This document shows positions 1 to 11,265 of a stretch of 64,000 bases of DNA, one piece after another. The notes below the pieces were generated by a model. The model was given only the letters and a program-made list of their open reading frames with translations, made no database searches and was not told the DNA's origin. Position numbers and translations under genes: made by a program. The stretch is from Mobula hypostoma (Eukaryota): assembly GCF_963921235.1 (NCBI RefSeq), contig NC_086097.1:170440001-170504000 (forward strand), in the 5' to 3' direction. Each line of letters opens with the position of its first letter. Within the stretch, counting starts at the first letter, position 1.

Positions 1-249
1 AACAAATTTCATGACATACAAATATACCAGTTGAATTAAATCTGATTCAGGTTCACACATAAACAGTCAACCACACATCATATTTGCTCATATAGACATG
101 CAGATAAATGTATACACACACACACATATGCATGCAGTCTCTCTCTTTCTATCTTCATTCCAACACAAATAGCATTCAATTAAACTTTGATAAGACTTGT
201 AAAACACAATGTACGTAAACGATAGTTTACACAACCAAGCAAAAGGTGG

Positions 250-1038
250 ACAGATACACACTAGGAAGTGATCACTATCCTATATTATGTAGATTTGGTA
301 GAAATTTAGTAGTAGAAGTTGAGGAGAGGTCTGCTAGGTATAATATTCTCTAAGATTCTGTTTAGAGTAGGGAAAATGGGTTGCGCAGTTAGATTTTCAT
401 GGATACCTGGGCATGCTGGGGTGGAGGGAAATGAAATTATGGATGGCATTGCAAAATTTTCCTTACAGTGTAGGCAAGTAGAAATTAGAGTTCCCATAGG
501 CAGAGCAGAATTGAAAAGTAGGATTAAAAAAGGTATAGAGAAAAAGTGGCAGGAGGATTGGAAAAATGAATTAAGGAGCAGGCATTATTTTTCTAGTCAC
601 CCACTAGTTAAAAAGGTCTTGGACTGTTACCTTTTAAGTCGTAGAGATATGGTGAAATTTACAAGACTTAGGTAGGGGCATTGTGGGCTAAATTATTATT
701 TAAAGATAATAGGAAAACATCCTACTGTATTGTGTGACTGTGGTAGTCCAGAGACAGTCCAGCATGTTTTGCTGAGCTGTAATCGATACAAAATTGAAAG
801 AAGCATGTTGTTCAAGAGGCTATCTGGTTTAAATTTATTTTGGTTTTCTATTAAATCTTTGTTTGGCCATCAAGAGAATCAACATCTGATTGAAGAGTCT
901 ATTATTCAATTTATACGTGAGACTAGGTTGTATTCAAGAATTTGAGTTCCTTGAAGTTCTATAATTAATTATACATCCTGCAGAGGGCTGTAATACGCCT
1001 AGATGCGACTAAACAGCCAGAAATAGAAGAAGAAGAAG
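250..1038 (+). mobile_element. Nimb/I-group non-LTR retrotransposon, 5'-truncated and internally deleted (APE end + RNase H + Zn knuckle + 3' UTR)
   Basis: GSDHYPI at 264-284; RNase H motif FSWIPGHAGVEGNEIMD in ORF 319-675; CDCGSPETVQHVLLSC in the same frame after one stop (673-675); (GAA)n tail 1026-1040; perfect TSD AAGCAAAAGGTGG at 237-249 and 1039-1051. Confidence 0.85.
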
Positions 1039-1150
1039 AAGCAAAAGGTGGTGCTCTGGATAGACATTAAACTCAGGATTTCCAACATCTGCAGGATCTT
1101 TTATGTTTATGCACCTTGCTGTTCTGACAAAGATCTTTTATCTTGAAATG

Positions 1151-1979
1151 TGTTACGTACCCCGTAACTGGGTTGCCAAACCAGCAGAAATGGACCACTT
1201 AGTTGGAGTCTGGATTACTGGAACTAAAAAAGTTTTATTAAAGAAATAAGTAACATAGTACTCTAATCGTAAGGATATGAATGCAACAGATTAGCAATGA
1301 TAAAACACACATGTACACAGAACTAGGGTAATAGGAATCAAACAAGCTCTATCGCAGTCTAGGGGTAAAATGATCAGTCTCAAGTGACGCAGAGTTCAAT
1401 TCAGCTTAGGATAGTTCGCAGTAATCGCTGTTGTGCCCTTGGGGAGAGAGAGAGATAATATGCAAATCCGATTCAGACAGACCTTTGTTCTTCGCAGTTA
1501 GCTTTCGGGTGAACCCTTTTAATGTCTTCTGTGGTCACCGACTGTGACCCTTCTGTTCCGGATACGACCGTTCTTCTGCAGTAAACCCGGCACCCAGGCA
1601 GTGGCGGACACACACACCAGGTTCCCGCCGATCATACCTTTTCACCCTGTGCGTCTATGGTCGGTTCCCGCGACCAGACCTCCAAACTCCACCAACTTGT
1701 GGGGGCACACCGCTTTTTCCAGGGTCTCGTTATCTCGTGATCTTGTGGTGTGTGTCTTGCCTTAGTGAACCTGTTCTTTTTATCCCCCTGCTGGGGTATA
1801 GCCTGTCCATCAAACTTCAAACGGTTCAAGTTCAAAGCAATCGGTCTGTCAGTACTCTGACTGTTGTCTCTTTCCATTATCTCTCTCTCCTCTCTCATTA
1901 ACATTTTGAATGTTTCTCCATTGTCTCACTTATCTCTCTCATTAGCATCAATCTTCTGATAACTTGGTTTTTCGTCACA
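1151..1979 (-). repeat. 3' LTR of the Gypsy element
   Basis: TGTTAC...GTCACA; about 30 substitutions and no indels versus 5125-5953 by manual comparison (~96% identical). Confidence 0.95.
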
Positions 1980-1991
1980 CCCCTATCCTTC
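1980..1991 (-). other. Polypurine tract
   Basis: Minus-strand GAAGGATAGGGG immediately before the 3' LTR. Confidence 0.85.
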
Positions 1992-2097
1992 AAAGGATTT
2001 TTACCGGGGTAAAAATTATAGGCATGAATACATTATTAGATACACCCTAATATACAGGGTCATCAGCTATTCGGCTAATACAGAGAAATTTAAGTTT

Positions 2098-3961
2098 TCA
2101 ACAGCTTGACAGACAGTCAGCAATTACATTTTCCATTCCTTTTATATGTGTTATTTTAATAACCTGTAAGACCAGGCTCCAACTTAGCAACCTTTTGTAT
2201 CTATCCCTCATAGTGGCCAAAAACACTAATGGGTTGTGATCAGTGTAAATTCTCAGTGGTTTCCGTCCCGGACAAAGATAACAAGGGTTGTCCCACACAA
2301 ACTTAGCATTCTTTGGCAAGAGCTTAGTAAGAGGGAGGGTAATATCCGCAAAGATTTTTTTTCGCAAAACTTCCGATAGTACCCCACCATCTCCAAGAAC
2401 CTTCTCAGGGCTCTCTTGTCTGTCAGGGTGGGGACTTCAGAGATAGCCCGCACCTTAGCCTGCATCGGAGCCAGCTGCCCCTGTCCTACCACAAATCCCA
2501 TATTTGTGGCCGAATTCACTTTTGTGACCTTTGCGTGGCCGAATTCACTTTTTGCGAGGTTCACTGTCAGGCTGGCTTCAAACAGCTTTTTAAACAGTTC
2601 CTCTACTGCCACAATGTACCCCTCCCACGTGTCACTCCAGACCACTAAATCGCCAATATACGCTTCTGTGTTCTTTAGCCCTTTTGTCACTGAATTAATC
2701 ATCCTATAGGGATGTTGCTCACTAGGCTGACCTGATGTGACAACAACACCATGTCCCAGATCTTTGCATCGCCTCGGGACATCCGGACATTTGTGTGCGT
2801 GCTGGTTAATTAGCTTTCTCAGGGGTTCGCTCTGTTCGGGGGTTAAGGGAAAGACCTTATCAGCAAAGCTGGCCAAAACAATAGAGTTCTCCCATCTGGT
2901 CGGCACCATACTTATCTTTTCAAAATGGGTTTTCCCCTTATCAGGTGGCACCCTAGCCTCATTAATTTTCGTGATAACACCAACTAGGTCTGCTCGCCTA
3001 TCGTGGCAAGCTGTTAGCATATCAATAGCCTGTAACTGTGTTAGCTCACATCTACAATAGTCAATAGCATCCTTCCTAATTTTCGGCACCACCCCCCATT
3101 CCTCATCTGCAGGCATGGTACTTGGTCTCCATTTCCTCCTTAGTACTCCCTCCTTCACATAATAGCCCACTGGCTCCCTTTTTAATTCTGCTTCGGAGAG
3201 AGCTGTCTCCGTCAAAACCATCAGCTCCTCGTCTCACTCCTGTGCCTGTATAAATTCCTTCCTTGCTAATGATAAGTCTACTTCAACTCCCTTACTTCTT
3301 TCTGATTTACTATGCTGCTTCTCACTTTCTAACCCCCCCCCCCCCGGTACAAGGCTGGTAAAAACATCTCAGCTAAATCTATATTCACTTTGGCAGCCTT
3401 TCTGGACGTGCGCCGAGTCACTGCGCAAACGGGATAAACCTGTGAGTCCATGGGCGGGGCCTCAATGCTGGCAGACTGGCTTGTCAATCTTACTGCTGGG
3501 TACACCTCTCCGCCGGCGAAGTCATTACCGAGTAAGACCTCCACGTCTTCCATCGGTAGTTTGGGCCTCACCCCGATCGTGACCGGTCCGGAGACCAAGT
3601 CGCTTTTTAGGTGTATCTGGTGCAAAGGTATTGCTTCAGTCCCTTTCCCAATGCCTTTTATCATCCTGATCTCCCCAGTCTCAGTCTCCGAACTAAAGTC
3701 TAACACACTCTTTAATATCAATGACTGACAAGCTCCAGTGTCTCTCCAGATCCGTACTGGAACTGGGTTTAACCCCTCCTTCACCGACACCAATCCGGCC
3801 GAGATAAACCTCTCGCGCCCTTCCTGAACTTTATCAGATCTCTTCTCCCCTAGCGGTTTGTTTACCAGCTCAATACAGCCAGTCGGAACCGTCGTTTTCC
3901 CTTCCCCGTCTCCTTCTTTAGGGCAAAGCACCTGGACGCAAAGTGACCGGCTTTCCCACAA
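2098..3961 (-). pseudogene. pol: Gypsy pol remnant (protease, partial integrase, partial RT, partial RNase H)
   Basis: Protease RDTGACQSLI (3329-3961); integrase Zn-finger remnant PKIRKDAIDYCRC; RT YIGDLVV (YIDD mutated) and LAKSEFG; RNase H IYTDHNPL and HIKGMENVIADCLS; frameshifts at homopolymer runs near 3340 and 2360. Confidence 0.88.
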
Positions 3962-5025
3962 TTATAGCATATGACCCCAGGAGACTTCCTACCAAACTGC
4001 TCCCGGTCTTCCTTATCCTTCTCACCAGTCCCCGGCTTACTTTCTAACTTTTCTGGCGGACTCTCTCCGCCCTCTTGACTACCCTTCTGGTAGCTTTTAC
4101 TCGGGGAAAACTTCACCTTGTGTGTTAACGCGTACTCATCCGCTAACTTAGCAGCTGTGGCTAAGGTTTCTGCCTCTCTCTCATCTAGGTAGGGCCTCAT
4201 ACCTTCAGGGACACAACCTTTAAACTGCTCAATCAGTATTATCTGTAGTAGTCTGTCATAATCCCCATTGACCCCTTTCGAGGCGCACCAACGCTCACAA
4301 TACATCTGCATCTCACGGGCAAACTCTAAATACGTGCGACCCCACTGCTTCCTCGCATTCCGGAACCTCTGCCGGTATGCCTCCGGGACCAACTCATAAA
4401 TCCTGAGGATGGCCTCTTTCACCACCTCATACCTCTGGGCATCTTCCGTGGACAAAGCTGAGTAAGCTTCTTGAGCTTTCCCTTTCAGTACGCTCTGAAG
4501 CAAAACAGCCCACTTATCCCTCGGCCAGTCCTGACTTGTAGCAACTTTTTCAAAATGGAGAAAGTACCGATCAACATCGGTCTCCTCAAATGGGGGAACC
4601 AGCCTAACCGCCTGGGTCGCCCTGAACCCTCCACCTTGGTTCGGCATGGGCCCCTGCACTAGCATTATCCTTAACTTCTCCAGCTCAAATTCCCTTTCCT
4701 TCTCTCTCTCTTCCCGTTCTAACTGCCTGTCCCTCTCTTCTCGCTCCAGCTATTTTACCCGGAACTGGTGCTCAAGTCTCAATTTTTCCATCTGCAGCTG
4801 TACTGCTTCTCCACCAGGTTTGCACATAGATATCACCTCCAGCTCCCCTTGGGGAAACACACCTTTAGATACATAATACTCAATGATAGCTCTGTGCATC
4901 TCCGCTCTCATTGTCGACTTCCCCTTAAAAAGATTCAACCGTTTGGCTACAGTTGGCAATTCTGATTTCCTGGCAACCTCTAATGCCTCCAAGGTTGGCG
5001 CCTTTAGAAATTCCTCAATCTCCAT
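3862..5025 (-). pseudogene. gag: Gypsy gag with coiled coil, SCAN-like capsid domain and CCHC knuckle
   Basis: ORFs 4750-5025 and 3862-4665 share a frame separated by one stop (4750-4752); VPEAYRQRFR...IILIEQF SCAN-like motifs; CYNCGKAGHFASRC. Confidence 0.88.
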
Positions 5026-5102
5026 TTCTGCTGTTTGCCCTTTCTTTCTTTCGGGAATTTTAACCCAATCAATTTACCCAGTCCCAAATTTGGCGTTCAA
5101 AA

Positions 5103-5120
5103 TCACGGACGAGATCCCCA
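5103..5120 (-). other. Primer binding site, tRNA-Pro-like
   Basis: Minus-strand TGGGGATCTCGTCCGTGA just inside the 5' LTR resembles the tRNA-Pro PBS TGGGGGCTCGTCCGGGAT. Confidence 0.7.
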
Positions 5121-5124
5121 CTTA

Positions 5125-5953
5125 TGTTATGTACCCCGTAAATGGGTTGCCAAACCAGCAGAAATGGACCACTTAGTTGGAGTCTGGATTACTGGAACTA
5201 AAAAAGTTTTATTAAAGAAATAAGTAACACAGTACTCTAATCGTAAGGATATGAATGCAACAGATTAGCAATGATAAAATTCACATGCACACAGAACTAG
5301 GGTAATAGGAATCAAACAAGCTCTATCGCAGTCTAGGGGTAAAATGATCAGTCTCAAGTGATGCAGAGTTCAGTTCAGCTTAGGACAGTTCGCAGTAATT
5401 GCTGTTGTGCCCTTGGGGAGAGAGAGAGATAATATGCAAATCCAATTCAGACAGACCTTTGTTCTTTGCAATTAGCTTTCGGGCGAACCCTTTTAATGTC
5501 TTCTGTGGTCACCGACTGTGACCCCTCTGTTCCGGATACGACCGTTCTTCTGCGGTGAACCCGGCACCCAGGCAAGGGCGGATACACACACCAGGTTCCC
5601 GCCGATCATACCTTTTCACCCTGTGCATCTATGGTCGGTTCCCGCGACCAGACCTCCAAACTCCACCAACTTGTGGGGGCACACCGCTTTTTCCAGGGTC
5701 TCGTTATCTCGTGATCTCGTGGTGTGTGCCTTGCCTTAGTGAACCTGTTCTTTTTATCCCCCTGCTGGGGTACAGCCTGTCCATCAAACTTCAAACGGTT
5801 CAGGTTCAAAGCAATCGGTCTGTCAGTACTCGGACTAGTGTTTCTTTCCGTTATCTCTCTCTCCTCTCTCATTAACATTTTGAATGTTTCTCCATTGTCT
5901 CACTTATCTCTCTCATTAGCATCAATCTTCTGATAACTTGGTTTTTCATCACA
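5125..5953 (-). repeat. 5' LTR of the Gypsy element
   Basis: TGTTAT...ATCACA, direct repeat of 1151-1979. Confidence 0.95.
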
Positions 5954-6010
5954 AATGCTACTGAGTGAACCATACTTTCATTTTTGTCTTTTTCGCACAG
6001 CTTAGTTACA

Positions 6011-6380
6011 TCAGTGGGTGATGTGGTAGAGCTACACCTCTATCAAAGGAGATACAAGGTGTTCCTTCCCTCCACTAGCATGCAGGTCACCCTTGGATAA
6101 GGTGTATCACCTGCTTAGACCCCTGATCAGGGTCGTGTGAAGCCATGTGAAGTAGGTGGTGGATGGTTGTATGAGACGCTGGTGCATATCACAAGTCCTG
6201 GTTATGTAACCACTGATGCCAGGCAGACAATCTCTGATGAGTATTGATAATAGCTGGGGTCACCCATTTTGTAAAGGCACTGCCCAGAAGTAGGCAATGG
6301 CAAACCACTTCTGCAGAAAAATTTGCCAAGAAGATTCATGGTTATAGAAAGACCATGATCACCTACATAAAACAACAAGG
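6011..6380 (+). mobile_element. Short RTE/BovB-related non-autonomous retroelement
   Basis: Contains GGCAATGGCAAACCACTTCTGCAG...TTTGCCAAGAA, resembling the BovB/BovA-type RTE segment; no ORF. Confidence 0.45.
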
Positions 6381-6769
6381 AGCAAACGAGTTACATCAGT
6401 GCCCAATTTTCTGTGTTTTCACCCGTCTTCATTCTGCCATTGTGCATCAATAATTACACCAATAAGGTCTATCAAAAAATACTATGGCAAAGTTTTCTAG
6501 CAAATTTAACCCATGCAACCAATAAGCACTAGATAATTATATAGGTACACATGTACCTATAAGCATGTATGTTAGTTTTAGTATTACACTGAGTGGAACT
6601 TGTTGGAAGCACCAGAATTTATTCCCCATATCTATTCACCCTTGAAAAGGTGGCAGTGAGCCATTCTCCAAGTTTGTCCCCGGCTTTCTGGTGCAGTTTT
6701 TGGTGAGGAAATTTCAGGTGTTAGACCCAGCAATGATGAAGGATCACCAATATATTTCGAGACCAGAAT

Positions 6770-7245
6770 CATAAATATAAGAGTTGCTGGAAATCCCGAA
6801 CAATACAAACAAAATGCTGAAAGAGGTCAAAAGTCAGGGAGCATCTGTGGAGGGAATAAAGAGTTGACATTACTGAAAGACCTATTCATCACGGCTGGAA
6901 ATGAAGGGGGCAAAAGCCAGAACAACTCTTCCACTTATCCCCTCCTAGCTTCTTAATTCATCCCTCTTCTTCCACCCACCCAGGTTCCTCTTCACCTGGT
7001 CTCACCTATCACCTACCAGCTTGTACTCCCTGGTTCACCTCCACCTTCCCTTTCTTCCATGGTTCACTGACCATCCAATTAGATTACTTCTTCTTCACTT
7101 GTTACCTCTTCCACTGATCACCTCCCAGCTCTTATTTCATTTTTCTCCCCTACTCACCCACCTTCCCTCTCAGCTGGTCTCACCTATCACCTGTTGAGTT
7201 GTTGTTCTCCTCCTCCTCCTCCCTCACTTCCTTATTTTGGCTTTT
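6770..7245. mobile_element. Degraded Penelope-like pLTR fragments in inverted arrangement
   Basis: CAAAATGCTGAAAGAGGTC...GCAGCATCTGTGGAGG end motif followed by a pyrimidine-rich pLTR body (CACCTATCACC) like that at 30400-30800. Confidence 0.6.
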
Positions 7246-7249
7246 TTGG

Positions 7250-7735
7250 CAATAACCGTTGCTGAATCTGGTAGGATGGGACCTAAGGCTTTGGGATGGT
7301 AGTAGTGAGATGAGAATATGGCCCGCATGGAGGGTGACTTTGATGATGGATGCTGCTTTCTTGGGGCAGCACTCCATGTAAATGTACTCAGTACTGAGGA
7401 CGACTGGGCTGTAGTCACCACATTCTGTAGCCTTTTCTATTCCTGGGCATTGGTGTTTCCATACCAGGCTGTGATGCAACCAGCTAGCATACTCTCCGTT
7501 ATACATTTAAAGAAGTTTGTTGATGTTTTTGGTGACATGCTGAATCTATGCAAACTTCTAAGAAAGTGGAGACTTTGTGCTGTCTTTGTGATGCCACCTA
7601 CATGCTGATCCCAGGACAAATTCTCTGATATGTTAACACCAAGGAATTTAAAACTACTGATCCTCTCCACCTCTGTTCCCATAATGAGGACTGTCTCTTG
7701 AACCTTTGGCTTCTTCCTCTTGTAGAAGACCAACA
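7250..7735 (-). mobile_element. Rex1/Babar LINE 3' ORF fragment
   Basis: EVERISSFKFLGVNISENLSW...AQSLHFLRSL...ESMLAGCITAWYGN. Confidence 0.8.
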
Positions 7736-9174
7736 AAATGCAAGGAAGGAAATGAAGCTGTTAATGTGCAGAGAATAGGATTTAAATTAATAAGGAGCAG
7801 TTCTGCACAACATGTGGGCCAGAGGTCCTGTCCTTTGCTGCATTGTTCTATGTTCTATGTTTGCCATTAAAACCGACATCTTATAGATTTATAAAATAGA
7901 GTCGCTTACAAAATCCTGCGCGGAGTGAGCACATCCAATTAAGTCAACGAAGGAAATTTCCCCATCTGTCCACTAATTACAATAGGCAATTAATGCTGTC
8001 TTTAGCCAAGTCAACACAGTTTACAAAGGGAACTAGGTCAAACCAACATATTGGATTGCACTCGAGCTTCTTTCTTGTTTGCATTAACAATATTAATCTG
8101 ATACAGCCGTGTTCAGGTCTCCCAGTCATACAGATGTGTGGTGGTGTTCTTCCAACCTGCGAAAAACACACAAGGAAAACACAGTCACTGGACCAAAGTA
8201 ACCCAGAATAGATACTTCAAGGAGAGATGTCACAGGGATTATAGAAGCCATCAATTATTTTAAGTTGCAGAGGACTTTTAACATTTCTCCCTAAAGATGT
8301 GAAGGTGTTGGATATTAACTGTGGAGATGCATTTTCCTTTTTTTCAAGCTCGTTCCATAATTTATGGACATTATTCCAAATCAGAGCTGCCAAACATGCA
8401 AACTTCTCCTTCTCAAACTGAAACCAGCAGTTCATTAACATTACTCAGTTGAGACAATGATGACAATGTAAATATTTATGAGATTTATATAGCTGCTGAA
8501 GGGGGGGGGTTGCGGGAGGTATTGTGGGACAGCCTGTTTGCAGTGCTTGTGCCTTAAAGGGGTGAGGAACAGAAGGAATAACACATGCTCAGGTGGGAGG
8601 ATGAAGAGGCAAGGGAGGACACTCCTCAGACCAAAGACTCACCAGGGATCAATTGGAGTTAAGTTTAACTCCACCTTGCACATTTTCTTACTTTTGAGAA
8701 AGAGGTCATTCAGCCTGTCAAGTCTTTGCCGGCATATTGATGGATCCCAACACTCCCATTCTGAATATCCCATCCAGTACTGAAAGTATCTACATCAGAA
8801 TCAGAATAAGGTTTTTTGTCACTGACATTAGTTGTGAAATTTGTTTTGTGGCATCAATACAGCACAGGCATTACAGATTTTTGCAAGTTACAATAAAGAA
8901 TAAATAATACAAAAGAAGAATAGTGAATTAGTGTTCATAGATTTATGGACCATTCAGAAATTTGGCGACAGATGGAAGAAGCTGCTCCTGAAATGTTGAG
9001 CATAGATTCAAAAAAGATTCTGTTATCTAAGGTGCCCACCATCTGGGCCATGCCACCTTCTTGCAGCTACTGTTCTGATACCTTAATTCCCCAACCACCA
9101 GGTCAAAGACAGATACTTTCCTTCAACTATTTGCTTTTTGAACCAACCTGCACAAACCTAAGCACTACTCAGTA

Positions 9175-9965
9175 CAGAATCAGAATCAGGTTTATTATCA
9201 CCGGCATGCGTTGTGAAATTTGTTAACTTAGCAGCAACAGTTCAATGCAATACATAATATGGAAGAAGAAAAAAATAAGTAAGTAAATCAATTATATTAT
9301 ATGTATATTGAATAGATTAAAAATTGTGCAAAAACAGAAATAATATATGTTAAAACAGTGAGCTAGTGTTCACAGGTTCAATGTCCATTTAGGAACCAGA
9401 TGGTAGAGGGGAAGAAGCTGTTTCTGAATCGCTGAGTGTGTGCCTTCAGGTTTCTGTACCTCCTATCTGATGGTAACAATGAGAAAAGGGCATGCCCTGG
9501 GTGCTGTAGCTCTATACTAATGGATGCTCCCTTTCCGAGACATCGCTCCTGCGCTCCTTGAAGGTGTCCTGGGTACTTTGTAGGCTAGTATCCAAGATGG
9601 AGCCGACTAAATTTATGACGCTTTGAAACTTCTTTCGGTCCTGTGCAGTAGCACCCCCATACCAAACAGTGATGCAGCTTGTCAGAATACTTTCCATGGT
9701 ACATCTACAGAAGTTTCTGAGTGTATTTGTTGACATACCAAATCTCTTCAAACTCCTAATGAAGTATAGTCACTGCCTTGCCTTCATAGCTGTATCGATA
9801 TTCTCTGTGGTCTTGACATCCAGGAAACTGAAACTGCTCACTCTCTCCACTTCTGATCCCTCTATGAGGATTGGTAGGCGTTCCTTTGTCTTACCCTTCC
9901 TGAAGTCCACAATCAGCTCTTTTGTCGTACTGATGTTGAGTGCCAGGTTGTTGCTGCAGCACAAC
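9175..9965 (-). mobile_element. Rex1 LINE 3' fragment with 3' UTR
   Basis: NNLALNISTTKELIVDFRK; ESILTSCITVWYG; (ATTCTG)n tail on the minus strand at 9175-9190. Confidence 0.82.
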
Positions 9966-10684
9966 AGTACAGCAACACTATGACCACTTTGACACATTTT
10001 GTTCTAATTGTGTTCTTCTCTGTATAATTTTGTATAATTAATGTATGCTGTTGTTCATGTTTTTCTGTGAATGTTTTGTTTCCATTGTTAGGCGCATATG
10101 GATATATGTATTTGTGCTTAAAGCAATAAACTTGACTTGGCTGGACTAGATGTGTATGGAATGTGAAGTGAAATAGAAAACAGTTTGCATTTCAGGTTTA
10201 TGAACTTGCATCATAAATGGAATCTTCTTGGGATTCAATCTGGTGTGATCGCAGGTGCAATGCATGAGATCTGAAGAGTTAATCAGTAAATCCGCCAGTA
10301 GGTACTGCAGCCTCACTGCTGGGATTATGTGAGAGGCTCACTTCACCAGTGTTCTGCTTAGAACAAGATTAGAAACATAGGAGAACTATGTCCTGCATGT
10401 CTGCTCCTCCATCCAGTACAATCATAGCAAATCTCATTTTGGCCTCAGCTACATTTTTCCATCTGTTCCCCATTTAACTCCCTTATTGAGAATGTCACAA
10501 GAGATGTTGTCTCAGAAAAGTGGCATTCATCATTATGGACACTCACCATGCAGGCCATTCCCTTTTCCTGGTGCTGCCATAAGGCAGGAGATCCAGGAGC
10601 CTGAAGACCCACATCTCAATGTTCAACAGCTTCTTCTCCACTGCCATCAGGTTCTTGAACTGACCTGAAAAATCCTAACACAAA

Positions 10685-11265
10685 TTCAAAGTTCAGAGTA
10701 AATTTATTATAGAAGTACATATATATCACCCATATACAACCCTGAGATCATTTTCTTGAAGGCATACTCAATAAACCCAAAATAGAATAATAATAGATGG
10801 AGCAAATGAAGTTGCGCGAAGTTGTCTCCTTTGGTTCAAGAGCCTGATGGTTGAGGAGTAATAACTGTTCCTGAACTTGATGTTGTGAGTCCTAAGGCTC
10901 CTCTACTTTCTTTGTGATGGCAGCAGTGAGAAGAGATCATGTCCTGAGTGATGGGATTCCTTGATACTGGATGCTGCTTTCCTGTGACAGCATTTCGTGT
11001 AGATATACTCAATGGTTGGGAGAGCTTTACCCATGATGGAATGGGCTGTATCCACTACTCTTTGTAGGATTTTACATTCAAGGGCATTGGTGTGATGCAG
11101 CCAGTCAATATACTCTCCACTACACATCTATAGAAGTTTGGCAAAGTTTTAAACATCATGCTGAATCTTTGCAAACACCTATGGAAGTAGAGAGGCTGTT
11201 GTGCTTTCTTTATAACTGCACTTACGTTCTGGGCCAAGGACAGGTCTATTGAAATATTAATAATA
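10685..11265 (-). mobile_element. Rex1 LINE 3' fragment
   Basis: KKAQQPLYF...NFYRCVVESILTGCIT; GHDLFSLLPS. Confidence 0.75.

Larger units (their letters stand above)
1151..5953 (-). mobile_element. Gmr1-like Ty3/Gypsy LTR retrotransposon (SCAN-type gag, integrase upstream of RT), defective
   Basis: Two 829-bp TG...CA LTRs, 4-bp TSD AATG (1147-1150, 5954-5957), PBS, PPT, and gag, protease, integrase, RT and RNase H remnants on the minus strand. Confidence 0.93.

Noticed and set aside
1632..1904. 90-aa ORF duplicated at 5606-5878
   Set aside because: Lies within the LTRs; LTR identity explains the duplication, and it has no recognisable domain
3862..4665. Possible host SCAN zinc-finger gene
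   Set aside because: Sits between LTRs with PBS, PPT and TSD and has a CCHC knuckle, so it is retrotransposon gag
6540..6561. TATAGGTACA-CA-TGTACCTATA palindrome
   Set aside because: Only 10-bp arms, AT-rich, with no associated element structure
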